Shown here piece by piece: positions 26,631 through 39,138 of a stretch of DNA of 64,000 bases. Below the pieces are notes generated by a model, which was given only the letters and a program-made list of their open reading frames with translations, searched no databases and had not been told where the DNA came from. A program made the position numbers and the translations under genes. How positions within the stretch are numbered: position 1 is the stretch's first letter; every line of letters starts with the position of its first letter. The DNA comes from Podarcis bocagei (lineage: Eukaryota): assembly GCA_964188305.1 (NCBI GenBank), contig OZ076895.1. One strand, 5' to 3'.

Positions 26631-27393
26631 TCTAGAGGCAACTGGTTTTTAGATTAAAGCTCACAATATCCTTTATGTTCTAGTGGTGTACAGTTACCAA
26701 GAAAGCAACTTTCTTTATCTTTGCATTTTTCTTCCCTGTAGTTCTAAACTGATCCTCTACTTGGGATTTTCACATTTCTGTCTCACCTGAAAAGCTGCTC
26801 CCGAAGGTAACAAGCCCCTTCAGAAAATTGAGGTGGAGGCTGTGTGGGCCTGAAAAATCTGGCAGAAGCACCTCATGATTTTCAAGACCCAACCCTATGA
26901 ATTTCCCATCCACCTTCTGTAACACATTACAGTAGAACTTCTTCATTTTTTAAATATAAGAAGCCACTCTTTCCACTGCATATATTCCTTACTAGAGGCT
27001 AGATAATTCTAGAGATGTCCTACATGAAGGAACTTGATTGAGAAGCACTATTCAGTTACTAATGAAAATGTCTCACCACTTGTAATTTTAAGCAAAATAT
27101 TCTTATTGATCTCATTGCTCATTAGCATCAATGACCATATGCATACAAGCACAAAGTATGATTTATGTAAGGTTTTCTTTATTTATTCTGAATCTTTATT
27201 TTGAATCTACATTTCCACCATCTATGAAAAAGGTAAAGCACTTTACAAAATAATGTGACATATTCACAAGTTCTTTAAACTGGAGCAGTACTGAGCAGCA
27301 CAATCAAGTTCATGCTAAACTGTAAGTAAATACAAGAGTCTGAAGATATTATTTCAAGCTATTGTGTGCATGGTTGTCTAACTAATACTATAC

Positions 27394-27643
27394 CTGATGT
27401 GAAGAGGCTCTGTGGCTCTGGTGCCATCGGCCAGTCATTTGAAGTCTGTGGGGAGCTGGGAAATGGAGGGAGTCCACTTGGAATAGGGTTGGGGTGCCGG
27501 AAGTTGTCCGAGAAGAGAGACTGTGACTCTGTTATAGCCCCTTCAAAGGGAGACCGTGCACTGTGATTGGATGAACTGATGGGGATGACTGAATTGGATT
27601 TTGATAAGCCGGGTGGTGGTGAAGGTGTGTCACTATTTGATAT
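27394..27643 (-). CDS. CNOT4: CNOT4 exon 9 (ISNSDTPSPPPGLSK...PEPQSLFTS)
   Basis: 250 nt, phase 0-1; contains PPPGL motif. Confidence 0.96.
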
Positions 27644-27906
27644 CTAAAAAGAAAAAGAACACAGTTTTACAATCGTATAGTAAAAACAGATTCTCCTTTT
27701 AACAACCATTTGGTCATTTCCAAATAGCATGTGTTTTTACAGCTAGTATAAAGTTTTAATCAAGCAACCATCTTATGCAGCTGATAGGCAGGAAGGTATA
27801 TTTAAGATTATGGCAAATAAATATTTCAACACACAATATAGTCCTTTTGCAAATATAAGGGTATGCAGTTGACAAGAGTTAAGAAGTGCTGGTTCTCAAA
27901 TCTTAC

Positions 27907-27964
27907 CTGCTGCGAGTTATCACAGTTTCCTATACTGAGAGAATCTGAAGGTTTGTCGATAGTG
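27907..27964 (-). CDS. CNOT4: CNOT4 exon 8 (TIDKPSDSLSIGNCDNSQQ)
   Basis: 58 nt, phase 2-0, acceptor TTTCTTTCTCTCTAG, donor GTAAGA. Confidence 0.95.
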
Positions 27965-29239
27965 CTAGAGAGAAAGAAAAACTATTAGGCAAATATAAAG
28001 GACACAGCCTGATGGCCTGAAACTGTAGGAATTAATTTAAAAAGTAATTTTAGAAAACCTAGTTCATGGAGATAACTGACAACAGGCTGATTAGCTCCAT
28101 CTTGCACATTCTGCTTGTTCATTGTTACTCAGTGTAACCTCACAGCAATCAAAGTTTGTCTATTGCCCCTACTATCAGCCCCCGACATTAAACTGGTGTC
28201 CATGAAGCAGGAACCATATCTTTTATAAGAGCTTTGTGCTCAACTTGAGATTGATGGAGCCCAGAGGACTCCCCAATTTAGATTTCAGTACACTGAGTTG
28301 TAAAGAGAGGAGAGACATGAAAGAAAGAGAAGAGGCAAAAGGAATAAAGGTAAAATAGAAAGTGAATGAACCAATAAAACTATTCACCACAGCAGAAAAG
28401 CTCACTTCTCCTTTGCGCTGCTTCAGTTTCAAGACAATAGGAATGCTGTCACAACCTCTCACTTAAATACAACAGGAGACAAAACTGAAGCTCCAGCCGC
28501 TCATGCATCCACTCACCCAAAATCAGAACAGCAGAGCAACAGGAAGAGTCAGGAAAGGACAAGACAAAACTTGGAATAAGATCAGCAATTACAAAAACCA
28601 TGAAAAGATGAGTTGAAGGAATGGTGACAGCAGGACAAGGAGAGATACCAGATCAGGTGCTGTCAAAAGCTAAGTGAGCGAAGGGGATCAGGCCAGGCAT
28701 GCATGATGGAAGGTGCACTGGCTGGGTTCAGGCTGCAAATGTATGCTAGCACAACCTGCAGTATTAAGTAAGGCTAACATTTGAGACACTAGAAGAAACC
28801 AAGAGGCTAGAAAATGATATGGCAGTTCAACTGGAAAATAATATACTGTCACTATCTTGTTGACAAATCCAGCAGGTGTTGCAGTAAGCCACTGGACATC
28901 AACTGATGGACAAATGCAAATATTCAGAAAATATCTGCCTGCTATGTGACTTTAAGACTGAAAGCGTCTCACAGCCAATGACCAAAGCATCTGGGTTACA
29001 CAAGTGAGCTTCCTCAGTGGTTCAAATGTGAAATTGCTGATCTTCTACTATAAATATGTAATTTGTCCCTAAAATCAGCCTCCATACTAGAGGATTGGAA
29101 ACTGCTCAATGTAGCTAGCATCTATTGTTTAAAAAGAATCCAGCTAGGACTTGGAACATTATAGGCAGCTTAACTTAACATCTAGTCTAGTAAAACTAGT
29201 GGGCAGAATTATTAAAAATTGAATTACCAAACATGCAGA

Positions 29240-29750
29240 AGAGCAAGTCAGGCTGAAGCAAAAGCAGCATGGCTTCCACAAGGGTATTCCTGTCTCACCA
29301 ACCCATTAAAGTTCTTTAAGGGTGTCAACAAGCATGTAAGTAGAGGTATCCAAGTTGACATTGCATACTTAAGACTCTCAAAAAGCTTTTGATAAATTCT
29401 CTCACCAAAAGAACCTAGAACAAGTTTAGCAGTCATAGGAAAAGAAGACAGGTCCTCTTATGGATGAGCAACTGGTTAAGCAACAGAAAGCAGGAATAAA
29501 TGGATGGTTCTTCCTCTATAGAGAATGCAAAAATCAGTACTGTAACCAGTGCTTTTTAACTTGTTCATAAATGACCTGGAGTTAGGGGCAAGTACAGAAG
29601 TAACCTGTTTTGCTGATGACACTAAGTTGTTCAGAGACTTAAAAAAAAAGAAATTGCAAGGAGATCCAAAAAGGTATATTGAAACTAGGTGAATGGGCAT
29701 TAAAATGGGAAATGTAGTTTGATGTGAGCAAGTGTAAAGCAATGCTTGTG
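29240..29750 (+). mobile_element. Decayed CR1 LINE reverse-transcriptase fragment
   Basis: Frameshifted motifs QHGF..SCLTN..F..GVNKHV..G..VDI.YL...KAFDK and FADDTKL. Confidence 0.8.
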
Positions 29751-31953
29751 AGGTGTGACCCTGAATTTAGTGATCTATTCAAAGCTATACTGGTCATTCC
29801 CAAACTCTTCCTACAATAAAGTCTAATTCTAAGCACATAGACATATGTCTGTTTTCACATGTCTGTGGATGATATAGGACTGGATAACCAAGACTATATA
29901 CAGTCTCATCTGAGTCAATTACAGAAGCAGGAAGTCAACAAAGAAAGTATTCTAAAAAGAATTTATATGTTTGTTAAGTCATACAAACTCAAAAATCAAA
30001 CGACCACTATACTCCAGCTATAACCTACATTTTAGAGGTTTTGGCAGAACACGACTCTTTCAATATCTGTTGAATTATCTTAAGTCCACGGGCAAAGAGG
30101 GAAACGTATAAATGTGTATATTACATTGTTTCAGCCCACTCAACACTATATATATTTTTAAGCAAAGCATGGAGTAAAACTAGGTGAAACGGATTGTTTT
30201 TTTTCTTTGTGTAAAACTATTTAACACTCATAATGAACTGAAACTTTTAAATTAATTATTCAAACACAAAACTTAATTATTTTTAATTCTTTTCTCATTA
30301 TTAGAAATATTGCAGTCTTTCAGTCCTGCGGCCAGAAACACAGCTGTTTCATAGAAGTTACCAGATGTTCAAAACCCCTTTACAAATAAATAGGCTTGAG
30401 TTCCTGTTAAGTCTGTGATAGCATGCCTCTGAAAACCTTGATATCTGGATTAGACCTATGATCCACTTAGAGGAAGCGCTGAATATGGTTTCAAAAGTAG
30501 CAAATCAGCCCATTTTAGGCATAAGACTAGCCACAGGCGAAGGCTGGAACCAAACGATTCTTAAGGTAAGAGTAAAAAGCTCTCGGAGGAAAGGTTGCCA
30601 ATTTTTAATTTCAACTATAGTCCTTTTGTACCATGTTAAATCTTGCTCTGAAATGTTTTCTAACCTTCAGGAGTGGTTGTGGGATGGTGGTGGAGGAAGA
30701 TGAGACAGTAGTGGGGAAAGATGAGAAAGTCCTATTCATTGGGTGGACTTTTGGATCCTGGTCAGCTGAACCAGTACTACAGATGTGTAGAACATTTTCA
30801 GATCATTTTTTCAGGCTCATAACTAAAAAAGAGCCTAAGAGATGCTTAGCTTCATATAAAGCATTACTACAATATTTCAATAGTGCTATGGTAATCCACA
30901 ATGGAATATCTAAAGCAGATCACTTTCTTCTCAGCAGGACAGCTTCAAAATTAGGTAATGGGATGTTTTTCTAAATAGGAAAGCTCTTCTATTGACATTC
31001 TATTTCCAAAAGTGCTGGTGTCTGCAATGATTTCTAGTGATGAAGTCTGAAATATTAGGTCAATGTTAGAGCAAGAATACAAGGTATTCCGTGAGTTACC
31101 CTATTTCCTAATAAGCTTCTTAGACCCAGCTCATACATTACTGGTGCAACATGGAAGTAACCTCCTGTGTTCTGGTTCCTCATTAACACTAGAACAAGAA
31201 ACAATGGAGTCAGGCAACTTATATGGCCACTTTCCCCCACCTCAACCTATTACAGGTGGGAAACTAGAGCATAAGAAAGCGGTTTCCACACTGCAACAGT
31301 ACACATCGGTATTCCCAATTCAAAAAGCATAATATGCTGTGCTATGCAACTGTGCTATACGACTTGCATTTTGAATCCAACTTGTTAAAAGCCCCACAAT
31401 GATGCAAGGGACATATTGCAGTATTAAACACAAATTCAAGTAGTCTTAGTAGTCTAAACGGAGGGGAAAGCTGATGGATCTCAATCCAGTGCCATACTTG
31501 CTTAACAAAATGCCTGGGTGAAGTGTGTAATGTGCTTAGATCTGCCAACTGAGATCAGAGTATTCAAGACAATTAACTAAATGACTCTTACCTAAAAGAT
31601 CAGAGTTCCTACTAAGCAACTTTTTCTCTTAAAGAACATTAAAAATTGTTTGCTGAAGTGAGGTACGTGGTTTGCTAGAACACAGACGCAGAAGGAAACT
31701 TGTTTCAAAATGCCTTGCCTTTTCCACAACCCTTACCTTTAAAAATTATCTTCTGGCCTAGACACAGACTTCTCCTGAACAAACTGCCCATTGCAAAATA
31801 ATGTGCAGTCCCCCCCACCTAGGCATCACCTAGTGGTTCAGGCCAACCATTTTAACTTGAACCCAGCTCTCTTGACAGAGGCTAGAGAATCATCCCTCCA
31901 CATCAGTGAGAGAGAAAGAAAGCTAACTAAAGTATAAAAGGCAGCACAATTAC

Positions 31954-32109
31954 CCGAAATCTGAATCTGGACCATCTGGAGTCATGTGCTCTGAGTCTGT
32001 GCCATTTTCTAAAATAGGAGGCGTTTTCCTGTGTTCCATAGTTAAGCCGTTGACTGATTTACTTGAACTCTGTAATGATGGCCAGGCATCTTTGTTATTA
32101 CTGTTGGGT
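31954..32109 (-). CDS. CNOT4: CNOT4 cassette exon 7b (PNSNNKDAWPSLQSSSKSVNGLTMEHRKTPPILENGTDSEHMTPDGPDSDFG)
   Basis: 156 nt, symmetric phase 2-2, open in the CNOT4 frame; long pyrimidine tract ending CAG; donor CGG|GTAATT. Confidence 0.82.
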
Positions 32110-34997
32110 CTGGAAAGAGGTGAAAGTAAAAGAGAGTTCAAGTTATGTAGAAAATCTTAATAGTGAAACACTGGGAAAATTATTCCTCATGCCATATACT
32201 GTGCAGAGGAATATGGAGGTCTTCAACAGAAAAGTTAGTGTCTGCTATTAAGACTGTAGAAAGAAACTGTTTTCTTGCACCAGGCAAGCTGTTTACACTT
32301 ATAGTTGTTTTTTAATTAGGTGAATCCCACCAAGACATGTGGTCTTTAAACTATTCTTTCATCCCAACATTCTCCAGTTTTATGAGTAATGTTACCCCTG
32401 CCCTTCATATGCTATATCCATGTTTGTCCTTGAGGATTTCCCCCATGTGACTGGCATTATACACTTCTGAAATATCACTGTACCAGTGCTGGTAAGTTCT
32501 AAGTTACCCAATTTGTCTCGTTTCAAGTATTTATTCCCAAAGTTTCAAAACTCAGGCTAATATAAGCATTGATCACTAAATAAGGTTCTTTTGGTATGTA
32601 AAATTATTTGAGAGGATGAATAAAGGTAAACTGAAGCAGGGAATCACATCTTTAAACAGACATTCCCTGCTGGGTTTTGTATGTATATGCAAATAAATAT
32701 TAATATTTATCATCAACATAATTATAAATGTTTCTTTCTCCTAATTAGTCCTTCAGTTTCACCCTATTTTTGAAATCACCATCCCGGGAAGGAATGAAGG
32801 ATATTTAGAAAAGTAACTTATAATGATTGTTTAGAGACCTGTGCTCTTTTCAAAATGTGTATCTTGTCTTGCCATTCATTCCTTGAAATGCAATAAATTT
32901 ATGAGTTCTCAAAATGAATGTGGAACAGACACACCCTGCTTTTTAAAACCAAGCATCACTGATCTAAATAACAAAAATTGATTGCATTTTCAATTTTTAT
33001 ATTGATTCCTCATCTTTCCATGCATTTCTGGATTGGTTCCATAAAGCAGACACTACAAGAAGTTAAATATGGCACTGTCAGTTCCATTTATCAAGTTGAA
33101 AATTAGTCTGCCATGTAATTCTTATCTGCTTGCCTACCATGTTCTAAAGTTTACACCCACATAAAAGTTGCTTGTCTACATCTCTTCCAGATTTGAATGC
33201 TGGTAACTGATGAGTGAACTCACAAACTGGCTACTTCTCTGTCAGCATTTCAAGTTACTGCCCACAAGAACTGTATGAAATCAGAAAGCAGTGGGAATCA
33301 CAGCCTTTTCTATGGACCAATGGAAGTTAAGTTTGAGCAGAAAAAATAATAATAAAGAAATCATGAAAGAAAAATCTTCATGAAGTATACAGCAGATGAA
33401 TTTTCTGTTTTGAATGCAGAACCAACTTATTTGCCACTTAGATGACACTTGTTTCAGGAACAAAGCTGAACTCTGTGCTTAAGAACTTAGATTCACAGCA
33501 AAGAGTGGCAAAAAACATCAAAACAGATGACAAGAGGATAGCAAGAACCTAACATTTTTTCAGTTTCTTCAGCTTTCAAGCTTACTGGGATCTTATAAAA
33601 TAAATCACTGGAGATGTAAGACTGCTGAGACAGCACAGACAATTCAGAATGAACCAGTAGGAAGTAAGCTTATTTCTACTTTGTTTTATGGTCCAAATGG
33701 TCATGCATACCCAATCTACCTTGGGCTTTTTTGTAAGAATGGTAATTAAGTTCTTGAAAAATTCTTACTGCAGAGACTGGACAGAGCCAAATTTATAGCC
33801 ATTTCTAAAGACATTGTCTTCTTGCCTTATGATGTGACTCCATCAGGTCAGACCACACTGTGAGAAAACATGACTTGACTCTTGCATGTTTGGTTTATTT
33901 CTTTTGATGCTCTTGAAGAAACAGTATTTCTCTCGCAAAGCTCACACTAATACAACAGCCAAGAGAGTAAGAAGGTATCATTATCCATATGAGAGGCTTG
34001 CACATGACAAAACTGATCTGATGTTCTGCCCAGAGTCAAAGTATCAACTTTCCTTAATACAAGATTTGTCTTTTCCTTTAAGAGGCAATGCTGATCCGCT
34101 AAGATTTGGCACTGGAAAAATTGTTTAGGATCCTGAGCAAGGTTGCTCTTGAAATCTTATTGGAAAAGGATCCCCATTAAGAAGGATCTAAAGAGAGTGC
34201 AAATTCTTGTTCTCCAATCATTTGCCATGATCACAAAGTTCAGGTGTTCATTCACAAATAGATTTTCCCATTCATTTAGGTTTCCCTTATTAATAGTTGA
34301 AAAGGCTAAACCAGAGGTAATAGCAGTCTGACTACCATTCAAACTCAAGAAGTATCTTGCAAGCACAAACCTTATGTCATATTCTAAATATTAATGGTGT
34401 TTCTGCTATTAAGTAATGTAAGCTTTTACAGAAATAGACAACCACTTAAAATTGTTACTTGGAATAGATAGGTGCTAGGTCAAAAAACCCTCAGCAACCT
34501 TTCATTAAACAGACATATAAATCTATGTTACTCTGTCAAAGTCTGCACCCTACATATTAGCAGCCAACGTATTGAAACAAAAATCTCAACTAAGTTGCAA
34601 TGAGTCAGAACATTTTACACTAACTTTGTCTTTCAGATGAGTCCTTTGCGGCATTCTCACCTTCTAAAGGCAAGGTGGACTCACACATTCATAGTAATGT
34701 TGTGTTGTATTTAAAATGAGTAAATCTTGTGTATTTTGTATTTCCAGTTTAATGACATGCCCTGCTATTTCACACCAAACCATACTATTTTACAATTGTA
34801 AATGATGCACTAATGCGAACATCTGCTGAAACAGTTGTTTGAAAATGCTGCATACATCTGTATAATGATGCAAAGGAAGTAAGATGTCAAGTGTGCTGGC
34901 TTAAGCAGTAAGGCAGTGAAGCAGAGTGCTTAGAAAGAGGGGTAAAGGGGGAGGTTTGATGAAAATTAAAGAGCACACGCAGAGAACCTTTACTTAC

Positions 34998-35131
34998 ACA
35001 TCATACCTCTGTAGTGAAGTCACTTTGTTCTTGTTCTTGTCAACTGCATTTGAAGACAGCTGGAGGAAGTTGGGGTTTAACTTGTATAATTCCTGGAGTA
35101 ACTTCTGTTCATATTCTTGATGCTTACCAGC
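34998..35131 (-). CDS. CNOT4: CNOT4 exon 7 (AGKHQEYEQKLLQELYKLNPNFLQ...LQRYD); alternative donor ends the exon at 35007
   Basis: 134 nt using the GTAAGT donor, or 125 nt using the GTATGA donor; both phase 2. Confidence 0.95.
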
Positions 35132-35843
35132 CTGGGGTAGAAAAAAGTTATAAAATAATGCAACTCTGTCAACCTGGTAATTTGCAGAAAAATCTTCTTT
35201 ACATCAAAATTTCTTTTCTCATGTTCAAATAAGAGAAGCTTGGTTATTTTAAGCTAGCCTAGTCCACGTCCCACCAAATCACAAGACTATGACAACTATT
35301 TTGGCCTCTTTTGTAAGAATGTAAATTCATTGCTGCGTAAGGGAGTTTACTGCAAGCTGGTTAAGACCTTTCTAATTTCACTGAAAGGTAACCTCAGAAC
35401 AATTGATAGTAATGATTACATTTCATAGGTGTACCCCACAATGCCCATTTCAGTTTCTTAGGTAATGTGCTCAGAAGGTGCAGAGTGATAAGTTAAAGGA
35501 AGGAGAGGTAACTTGGGGGCCACATTTCCCATCATCCCTGACCACTGCCCATACTTATTGGGGTTGATCTGAGTTCGGAGTTCTGGCCCTTGTTCTGCAG
35601 AATAGCATTCCTGTTGAGGTACAACAAGCACCCACTATCTGCACTTTAGATAACTATTGCAGACATTTTTGTTCATTTATCCAGATGGATAAATGAATCT
35701 CTGCGATGAGTTTCTAATTTGTACTGCTTTCAGTTTTCTTTTAAATGTAGGGTTTTTTGTTTTTAATTTTTGCTTTTATTATCCATTGCCTTTAGATGAT
35801 CATGTGGGAGATTTACTATTATATTATATTTATAAAATACATA

Positions 35844-36187
35844 GGTAAAGGTAAAGGGACCCCTGACCATTAGGTCCAGTCGTGACCAACTCTGGGGCTG
35901 CGGCGCTCAACTCGCTTTATTGGCCAAGTACAGCTTCCGGGTCATGTGGCCAGCATGACTAAGCCGCTTCTGGCGAACCAGAGCAGCGCACGGAAATGCC
36001 ATTTACCTTCCTGCCGGAGCGGTACCTATTTATCTACTTGCACTTTGACATGCTTTCGAACTGCTAGGTTGGCAGGAGCAGGGACCAAGCAACGGGAGCT
36101 CACCCCATCGCAGGGATTCGAACCGCCGACCTTCTGATCGGCAAGTCCTAGACTCTGTGGTTTAACCCACAGCGCCACCTGCATCCC
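35844..36187 (-). mobile_element. Sauria SINE
   Basis: Minus strand starts GGGATGCAGGTGGCGCTGTGGG, has a B-box-like GGTTCGAATCC, and ends in an (ACCTTT)n tail. Confidence 0.88.
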
Positions 36188-36529
36188 ATGTAATACATAA
36201 CTGCTACCTTTTATTCTCAGCTCAGTTTATAGAACTTCAAATCTGCAGCAAGAATGCTTCAAAGTCTTTATATTTCCTCTCAATCCAGCCCTGGGCATTA
36301 TCTCCATTTCAAAAAGAAGGAGCAGAGAAGACAGTCAAACCAGACATAAATATCCTGGCTGAACAACTGTCAGGCTGCCATGGTCAAGCAGGGACCATCT
36401 TGGCTGTGAGACCTGGAAGACCTGCTTCCTGCACTGCAGGCCTTTTCCACCTGGCCTGGGAAGTTGGGGCCCTGACTGACTCCAGTTACAAAAGCTGAAG
36501 CTGCTGAACAGACCCTTAGGTTGCAGAAT

Positions 36530-36530
<1 letters not shown>

Positions 36531-36574
<44 letters not shown>

Positions 36575-36582
36575 TGGTGGTG
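36531..36582. repeat. (GT)n microsatellite ending in (GGT)n
   Basis: Directly visible. Confidence 0.95.
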
Positions 36583-36979
36583 TTGCTGCTCTTGTTGATA
36601 TTAATTTTTGTATCTTTATTTTTAGAGCTTATTATGATTTAAGGTGGAAATTGTTTTATTTGGTTGTGCACTTCCTGGTATGTTTTATTTACTGTTTATG
36701 ACTACTTTTGTTATATTTGTAACTATGTAATTGTTTTCACGTTGGAAGCCCCCTTGAGCATTGTTTTAACTATGGAAAGGTGGCATACAGATAAAATGAT
36801 GCATGTATGCTTAAATACTTAAGCCAACTTCATGGTGTTGGCTTAAATACTTCGATCGTGGTTTCTCTAAACCACATTCTGAAATCGAAACTGTAGTTTC
36901 AATTCTGATTTACTGGCTCAGATCAGAAATATGAGGCATTTAGAATAATATTTCATGGTATAGGTTGCAACACACATAC

Positions 36980-37105
36980 CTGCATCTCTTCTTTTGTAAA
37001 ACTGGCTGCTTCATCCCCTAATTCATGCAGATACATACAGTCTGGTTTAGGACACTGCATATTCTTCAAAAAGTAACTGCAATATTTTGTGGTACCTAAA
37101 GATGC
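36980..37105 (-). CDS. CNOT4: CNOT4 exon 6: C3H1 zinc finger (ASLGTTKYCSYFLKNMQCPKPDCMYLHE...EEMQ)
   Basis: 126 nt, C-x8-C-x4-C-x3-H spacing, canonical splice sites. Confidence 0.97.
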
Positions 37106-37315
37106 CTGGGGGGGAAACGAGACATTAACTATAAAGGATAACAAACTATATACTTTAGAAGTAAGCCTGTTTTAGAATCCAGCTCCTGGTATCATGGTGC
37201 TCAGTTACATGTACTGATAGATATTTGCCATTACGTGACACCCCCCCCCCTTATTCTTATATAGTTACAAACACATACATTCATAGTTATAGTTACACAC
37301 ACACATTCATATTAC

Positions 37316-37417
37316 CTTAAGTGTTCTTCCATCTACTACCACATTATTGACACACTGTATGGCTCTGAGTGCATCTTCTGACCGGATGTAAGTTACATAT
37401 GCACTTGCACTTGGACC
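37316..37417 (-). CDS. CNOT4: CNOT4 exon 5: RRM (GPSASAYVTYIRSEDALRAIQCVNNVVVDGRTLK)
   Basis: 102 nt, acceptor TAG, donor GTAATA. Confidence 0.97.
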
Positions 37418-38198
37418 CTAGATAATTAAAAAAAGTGTATGTGCATAGGTCAGTTTATTAGTCATCCTATAATGCAGCACTGAACTTCACAAAATTCCGA
37501 AGTACTTAATACACAAGAAGCCCTCGGCAAGGGTTTCATTTGCAAAAGTACAGTAGTAATTTTTACTGCAATATTTGGATAATCAGTTTAAACAGATTAC
37601 AGAAGTGCCTGTGACTAATCAGACAGCAAATTTAAAACACATTTTGTCATAGAAGTACTTCTAAATACTCCACCTGGCAAGCACCATTTTAAGAGGCACT
37701 CCTATCCATAAAATAAACACAAAGGAATACTTCTAAGGCAATGTCTGCTACAACAGGAATGCAAAACCAAATTTTTTTAAAAAAACTATGTTCCTTGCTT
37801 CAGAGTGAGGAAACTATGTTCGTTTCTTCAGAACATATGAGTAAAATCTGTAGAATGAAGCAACTGTATGCCATACAAGGTTGGGCTTCCTGAAGTTAGG
37901 TTTGAATTGATGGTTTCCCAACTCTGTACACTGATATTCATAGCAACAAGGCTACAACAGCTTTACTCCAAAATCCTTACCATGCATTTGGATTCCCTTC
38001 TTTCTTTACAATTATGTTAACTTTTTGCCTGCTCTTTGCTCCTCTACCCATTTTGAAGCCAACTTCTAGAAACTTAAGTATTCCAAGTAACATATCCCTT
38101 TCCTACTAACAAACTTGAATGAAAAAGTAACATATACTTTGAAATAGGAATTACTTTTTTCATTAGTATGACAATAGCATATCAACCAGATTAGGGTA

Positions 38199-38527
38199 CA
38201 GTGGTGCCTCGCAAGACGAAATTAATTCGTTCCACGAGTTTTTTCGTCTAGTGAATTTTTTGTCTTGCGAAGCACGGTGTCGGAAAAGTTTTGGAAAAGC
38301 TTCAAAAATCACCAAAAACCTCAAAAAAGGCTACCACACCGCGTTCTATGAGTTGCTCCTCGAAGTCAAGTCGCATCTGTATTAACGGTGTTAAGAAAAA
38401 GGAAACAAACTTGCAAGACGTTTTCGTCTTGCGAAGCAAGCCCATAGGGAAATTCGTCTTGCGAAGCAGCTCAAAAACCGCAAAACCCTTTCGTCTAGCG
38501 AGTTTTTCGTCTTGCGGGGCACCACTG
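38199..38527. mobile_element. Tc1/mariner MITE, family A, copy 2
   Basis: Same TIRs and TA TSD; shares the AAGCAAGCCCATAGGGAAATTCGTCTTGCG core. Confidence 0.9.
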
Positions 38528-39051
38528 TATAATTAAAAATCTTCACCAAGGTACAATGCCCACCCAGAAGTCAATACAATCTTTCTATTTAGTGAAAAAC
38601 TATAACATATTTCGAGTATATCAGCTTCTGCACCAGCAAAACAGCTATAGTAAATCATGGGGTGCGCCAAGTTAGAATGCAACTACATTCCTAAACAGGG
38701 GTGTACAAAGAGGCAATAATAAGGAGGCTACATTCCAGACAGAACAAATGAAAAGATCTGGACACATTTTTGCAGGGGAATACATTCATAGGCTACACTT
38801 AACTGAAATTACATTCTAATTGTAGAAATTCAGGGGCAGTTTACACCTTACTGCTGGGTATTCTACGTTGTAGAATTAATCTGACTCTGGTTATTAGTAC
38901 ATGCAGACAAAAACAGAGCTGCCGAAATGTTCCAGTATGGAATGTTTTTGACCCAAGTATGTAAAAAATGAGTTGTCCATATGCAACTGAAACTGTTGGA
39001 ACTCCAGCTGAACACCCACCCGCCTAGGTCAAGGGGAAATCAGTATCTTAC

Positions 39052-39138
39052 CTGTGAGCCTGCATATGATGTGCTGTTGTTGATTACAACCTTGTGTATT
39101 TTACCAAATTTCCCAAAATATTCTGGCCTTTTCAAAAC
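39052..39138 (-). CDS. CNOT4: CNOT4 exon 4: RRM (VLKRPEYFGKFGKIHKVVINNSTSYAGSQ)
   Basis: 87 nt, acceptor CAG, donor GTAAGA. Confidence 0.97.
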
